From a virus (lineage: Duplodnaviria > Caudoviricetes), in IMG/VR virus record IMGVR_UViG_3300028048_002144: a DNA stretch of 64,000 nt, one strand, 5' to 3'. The stretch's first letter is position 1. Every line of letters begins with the position of its first letter. Below are positions 60,133 to 64,000 of the stretch, piece after piece. Made by a program: the position numbers and the translations under genes. The notes under the pieces are model-generated. The model did no database searches. It worked only from the letters and a program-made list of their open reading frames with translations, and was not told where the DNA came from.

Positions 60133-60477
60133 TTACAAAACATACATTTCGTGTGCTGAAATATGCTTGTACGGTGCGAATTTATCGTAATTAATGATTA
60201 TAAATTTTCTAGCATCTGGTACTGTGATATTAGAAGGCTCACCCGTTTCGTCCCAAATAGTAGCGTCAATCAGCTTATATGGTACTTCACATTTAATAGT
60301 AAAACCTTCTTGTTTGTCTATATACAAAACACAGTCTGTAGTATCTGTTTTCTCGTCTCCGAATTCTATGTTTATACTTACTTGTGGTTGATATAATTTG
60401 GAGCCAAATTTAATAAGGTCTTTTCTTGATTCATGTTTACCTAGTATCAAATATCCTAAAATTGTCGTTTCACTCAT
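60133..60477 (-). CDS. Hypothetical protein
   Basis: AAAGGA RBS; motif at 60541. Confidence 0.6.
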   Translation of the reverse strand: MSETTILGYLILGKHESRKDLIKFGSKLYQPQVSINIEFGDEKTDTTDCVLYIDKQEGFTIKCEVPYKLIDATIWDETGEPSNITVPDARKFIIINYDKFAPYKHISAHEMYVL

Positions 60478-60620
60478 TTTAAAATCCTTTACTAAATTAC
60501 TATAATGCCAGTATTTTGTTTATGAACTTATTTCATATACAATATGACAGAACATACAAAAAGAGGTTTCGCAATGAAACCTCTTTATATATTACTCGTA
60601 TATTACATTTCATTCACACA

Positions 60621-61304
60621 CTACATTTCAAGTGTTACATTTTCATCTAAAGTTACATTCTCAGATACTTTTGTCTTGCTGTTATAACCAGATACATAAT
60701 CATAAAACTCTGCACAAGCAAGAGCCATGTATGGCATAGTGAAGAAAAGATTAAGAATATTAAGTGTAAACATACCAAGGATTGCCCAGCCAATGAATGA
60801 TAACTCAAGTACGAAAAGATGCCACTTATTTCCATGCATCATCTGTCTGGACTCTGTAATTACTTCTTTCCAATTCTTATTTGGATCCTCTGCTAAAATA
60901 TAAGGAACCATTGCATATGAGAAACATTTTACATATGCTGGAATAATAAGAAGTGACCAAAGGAGATAAAAAAGACCTGTCATGAACATTGTAAAAGTAA
61001 TGTTAAGCCATTCCTTACCCTTGAAATAAGCAAATAGTTCTTTCTTTGTTACTTCGATTCCTCTGTTCTTCTTCATAATGTATGAAACCATACCAACACC
61101 CATTGGACAACCAATAAAGATTGAACACAGTGATAAGATCGAAAGAATTGGAACAATACTTCCAAGAATTCCTGCAACAGTACCAACGATCGCACCACCT
61201 ATCATACTAACTACAAGCCCTAGCATGATAACTCCGACAATCTGGAGACCACATTCCTTTCTAACAGATTTTGCTTTGTTTTTAATTGCTTTTCTCGAAT
61301 ACAT
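60621..61304 (-). CDS. DUF975 family membrane protein
   Basis: LWSLLIIP...SYAMVPYILAE.P...SRQMMHGNKW.LFVLELSFIGW. Confidence 0.85.
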   Translation of the reverse strand: MYSRKAIKNKAKSVRKECGLQIVGVIMLGLVVSMIGGAIVGTVAGILGSIVPILSILSLCSIFIGCPMGVGMVSYIMKKNRGIEVTKKELFAYFKGKEWLNITFTMFMTGLFYLLWSLLIIPAYVKCFSYAMVPYILAEDPNKNWKEVITESRQMMHGNKWHLFVLELSFIGWAILGMFTLNILNLFFTMPYMALACAEFYDYVSGYNSKTKVSENVTLDENVTLEM

Positions 61305-61705
61305 AATAATTTCCTCTCTAGTTTTAATTATTTTAGTGAAGTTATTGAAATATATGTATTTACTTCATAAATTTATATTTCGTTTATAATATGACAGAAC
61401 AAAAAAGAACGCAGCTATTAACTGCGCTCTTACATGTAAATAATTGTTTTTTTTGGATAGGATTGCCTTAGAACAAAGGCGTAAGACAATAATTTTTGTT
61501 TATTAGTGAGCATATTTATTATAATAAATATTAATTATAAAAGTCAAGAAGAATTGAGAAAATTCTATTCTAAATACAACAGTCTCAGATTAAATGTAAC
61601 TGAAATATACTATGTTGCATTTAATTTGAGAATAAATAAAATAAGTTCGAAGAAAAGATTCTCAATTATATGGAGAGAAAATTCTCATAAACACAAAAAA
61701 AGTGG

Positions 61706-62341
61706 TTAGTTGCCACTTCTTTTTGTTACTTTATAACTATTTGCAATCCCTTCTAATAGTCTATAGTTACAGTGATACCTTTTTATAACACCAGTAACTA
61801 CTTGTTTATTATATATAGTATCTGCTTTTTGCTCTATTTCTTTAATTATTCTTCTACAAAAAAGATACTCTTTTCTCATCAGAATACGTCTTTTTTCTTC
61901 ATCGGAATCTTTAGAAGGCTGGTCTAAATCAATAATCGTATAAACTCCATCTATAACAGGGAACATCTTTTTTATCTCTAAAACAGAAAGTAATCGCTTT
62001 TGATAAAACTGTCGCTCTTCCTCTGGCACTTCCATTTTATCAAGTTTAAACTCACCAACAGACAATAAAATATCGTTCTCATCAACTGGTGTATTCCTAA
62101 TATCAATAATTTCATATACCCTAAAATTTGTCGGGCCTACATCCTTCCAATTCCTGTGTTTTTCTTTTGCAGATGTCAAGGGAATTACATATTGATAACC
62201 ATCGTTATTTACCAAAATCCCTAAATGTGGCTTTTTATTATAGTTTCCCTCCGGATCATACATAACTTCTTTATCTGCATCGTGCAATGTTGCCAGATAG
62301 TTTATATCGATATAAACCATCTTAAAATCTGTTAAATTCAT
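61706..62341 (-). CDS. toxN: Type III toxin-antitoxin toxin, ToxN/AbiQ family
   Basis: YIDINYL...KPHLGIL...YVIPLTSAKEKH...MFPV; lies downstream of tandem RNA repeats and a terminator. Probable start MNLTDF at 62341. Confidence 0.88.
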   Translation of the reverse strand: MNLTDFKMVYIDINYLATLHDADKEVMYDPEGNYNKKPHLGILVNNDGYQYVIPLTSAKEKHRNWKDVGPTNFRVYEIIDIRNTPVDENDILLSVGEFKLDKMEVPEEERQFYQKRLLSVLEIKKMFPVIDGVYTIIDLDQPSKDSDEEKRRILMRKEYLFCRRIIKEIEQKADTIYNKQVVTGVIKRYHCNYRLLEGIANSYKVTKRSGN

Positions 62342-62356
62342 AATTCTCCCCTTTGC

Positions 62357-62390
62357 AAAAAATATGGGAAGCCTCAAGAAGCTTCCCATA
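62357..62390 (-). terminator. Terminator between toxI repeats and toxN
   Basis: TATGGGAAGC...GCTTCCCATA hairpin followed by a U tract on the minus strand. Confidence 0.85.
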
Positions 62391-62504
62391 AAACATTATC
62401 GTTCCTCGCTTTCTGGTGGAGGTTCACCAAACATTATCGTTCCTCGCTTTCTGGTGGAGGTTCACCAAACATTATCGTTCCTCGCTTTCTGGTGGAGGTT
62501 CACC
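62391..62504 (-). ncRNA. toxI: ToxI-type RNA antitoxin: three identical 38-nt tandem repeats
   Basis: Unit GGUGAACCUCCACCAGAAAGCGAGGAACGAUAAUGUUU x3 (62391-62428, 62429-62466, 62467-62504); GGUG/CACC and CCUC/GAGG form an H-type pseudoknot. Confidence 0.9.
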
Positions 62505-62848
62505 AAAACTATATAAATATGTCAACACATATTTAGTTCTTATTTGTTTATGTGAAATATACACGCAGGTATTATATTAATCTTTTATAGAAAAATTGTC
62601 AACACATTTTTTGTTACTAATAATATATCACTATATTATAGGGAATGCAAGTGTTTTCATTATTTATATCGGATAATATGACGTATTTATTATATTTGAG
62701 AAGTACCTCTTTCTTATATTTTTAAAATTTAATCTAAATATAAAAGTAGGTACTTCTCTTATTTCGTTTTATTAAATATTTTATTAATGTCAATATCTTT
62801 TATTATACGATAAGCTGATATGATGATAAAAGTAATATGGTTAAAGAA

Positions 62849-63997
62849 TTAGTGATTAAGATAATACAAAGGTAAGTGTAATGCTGTCGAGTAATAAGTT
62901 TTTACTTTCCCTGTTCTAATTGCTTCCTCAAGAGTTGCTGGGAAATCATTTATCATATTGCCTTCTTCTCCATACCACAATTCATTTCTTTCTCTCTGAT
63001 ATTCTGCTTCGTTTTTAATGGCATATTCAGCCTGATTATGAGAATATGCATTAGGAAGAATACTTCTTGCTCCCATATGTTTTGAAGGAACATCACCATA
63101 ATGAAGAATTTCTTCTGTTCCATCCTGGTAAATGATTTTTATATCATTATATGGATCATTTCTGTTAGTATTATATTTTGAGCAAGCTGCTGAACCCCAT
63201 TTATAATTAGGCCAATCTTCATTAATTAATGCTTCGTAATCACATTCACGGAACCAAGCTTCTTTATCAAAACCACTATTGTTACCATTATTTGCGTTAC
63301 CAGATTTGGCAGCCTTACCGCTCTTAGTACCCTTAGTACCCTTCGCACTCTTAGTAGCACCATTTGGTGTATTAGTATCAGTTGTAGCTTCTGTTGTAGG
63401 AGTCTCTACTGCACTATCCTTTGCAGTGATATATTCCTTAAACTTGTTTTCAAGTTCAGATGTAATATCATAAAGGGCCTTTACAGATGTATCCTTTGAG
63501 ATTACATTCTTTTTAGTTTCGCCAAACTTACCGTCAAGGCTATTGATAGTCTTAGTCATAGCATCATCAAAGTATGTATTATCGTTGTCATACTTTGCAT
63601 GCCAGTAATCCTTAAACAGACGTTTACGTTCATCATCTGCCTTGTCGACATCAGCCATGAGATCCTTCCTTACTGACTTCTGAAGATCACGAAGCTTATT
63701 CATTTCATCCTGAGTAAGAGAAAGCTTGATGTCCTTATTATTATGTGCTTCTGTTTCAGCAGATACATATTCATCAAGCTGGGCAAGGATTGGTTTCTTA
63801 TACTTATCGTCTCTAATAGAGTTGTTAAGCATTCTTCTGATATCCTTATTGATGCTAGTTACTTCCTTGTAAGTAACATCTTCTGCGGATACATCCTGCT
63901 CTACTCTATAATTGTGGTAAGTTACTCCACCACCTACAGCTCCACCAGCAACAGCAACTGTTACTACTCCAGCTGCAATCTTCGTTTTAAGTGCCAT
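62849..63997 (-). CDS. Exported/membrane-anchored protein with low-complexity linker
   Basis: N-terminal hydrophobic helix, helical domain and T/K/G/N-rich linker. Confidence 0.7.
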   Translation of the reverse strand: MALKTKIAAGVVTVAVAGGAVGGGVTYHNYRVEQDVSAEDVTYKEVTSINKDIRRMLNNSIRDDKYKKPILAQLDEYVSAETEAHNNKDIKLSLTQDEMNKLRDLQKSVRKDLMADVDKADDERKRLFKDYWHAKYDNDNTYFDDAMTKTINSLDGKFGETKKNVISKDTSVKALYDITSELENKFKEYITAKDSAVETPTTEATTDTNTPNGATKSAKGTKGTKSGKAAKSGNANNGNNSGFDKEAWFRECDYEALINEDWPNYKWGSAACSKYNTNRNDPYNDIKIIYQDGTEEILHYGDVPSKHMGARSILPNAYSHNQAEYAIKNEAEYQRERNELWYGEEGNMINDFPATLEEAIRTGKVKTYYSTALHLPLYYLNH

Positions 63998-64000
63998 ACC

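Noticed and set aside
62391-62504. Tandem repeats as a CRISPR array
   Set aside because: The units are contiguous with no spacers, there are no cas genes, and the layout matches toxI-terminator-toxN.
2107-62682. GTCATATT as a SigE-type -35 box or as an integron-like cassette recombination site
   Set aside because: No CATA -10 box follows at the expected spacing, and at 52591 there is no room for one before the SD. The motif has no attC-like palindromic structure and no integrase is in the window.
3714-63473. Numerous plus-strand and nested ORFs in the track (e.g. 3714-4094, 19498-19836, 29196-29650, 33044-33418, 42482-42703, 61078-61389)
   Set aside because: They are antisense shadows of well-supported genes or overlap terminators and RNA, and lack an RBS or motifs.
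1-64000. Prophage
   Set aside because: No terminase, portal, capsid, tail, lysis or integrase genes were recognised. Phage-like genes co-occur with Rep, ParM and Tad functions.

Overview
This 64 kb AT-rich window (roughly 30% GC by eye) is almost entirely coded on the minus strand. It reads as the backbone of a large extrachromosomal element of a low-GC Firmicute, most likely a megaplasmid; a Clostridia-like host is inferred. Replication and partition: an AEP-type Rep protein and a ParM-like actin with a candidate adaptor. DNA metabolism: topoisomerase III, RecA, two RecD2-like and two UvrD-like helicases, and an SSB. Surface and signalling: a Tad/CpaF ATPase with pilin-like genes, GGDEF and HD-GYP proteins, a HipA-like kinase with a degenerate paralogue, and a Ser/Thr phosphatase. 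Accessory genes: an RnlA-like HEPN nuclease, a type III ToxIN locus and two IscB/omegaRNA elements. No phage structural genes, rRNA, tRNA or CRISPR array were seen. The strongest unexplained signal is the motif (G/T)TCATATT-N5-YR, found 28 times in intergenic DNA and oriented with the downstream gene before nearly every backbone transcription unit. The window also encodes a divergent sigma70-family factor whose operon has both host sigmaA-type promoters and this motif. Together these suggest a private sigma regulon. Other notable items are a stand-alone cloverleaf/pseudoknot small RNA, two IscB elements inserted at the two ends of the same gene with different end structures, and unannotated pilin-like microproteins. 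All product calls come from motif recognition; no searches were run.
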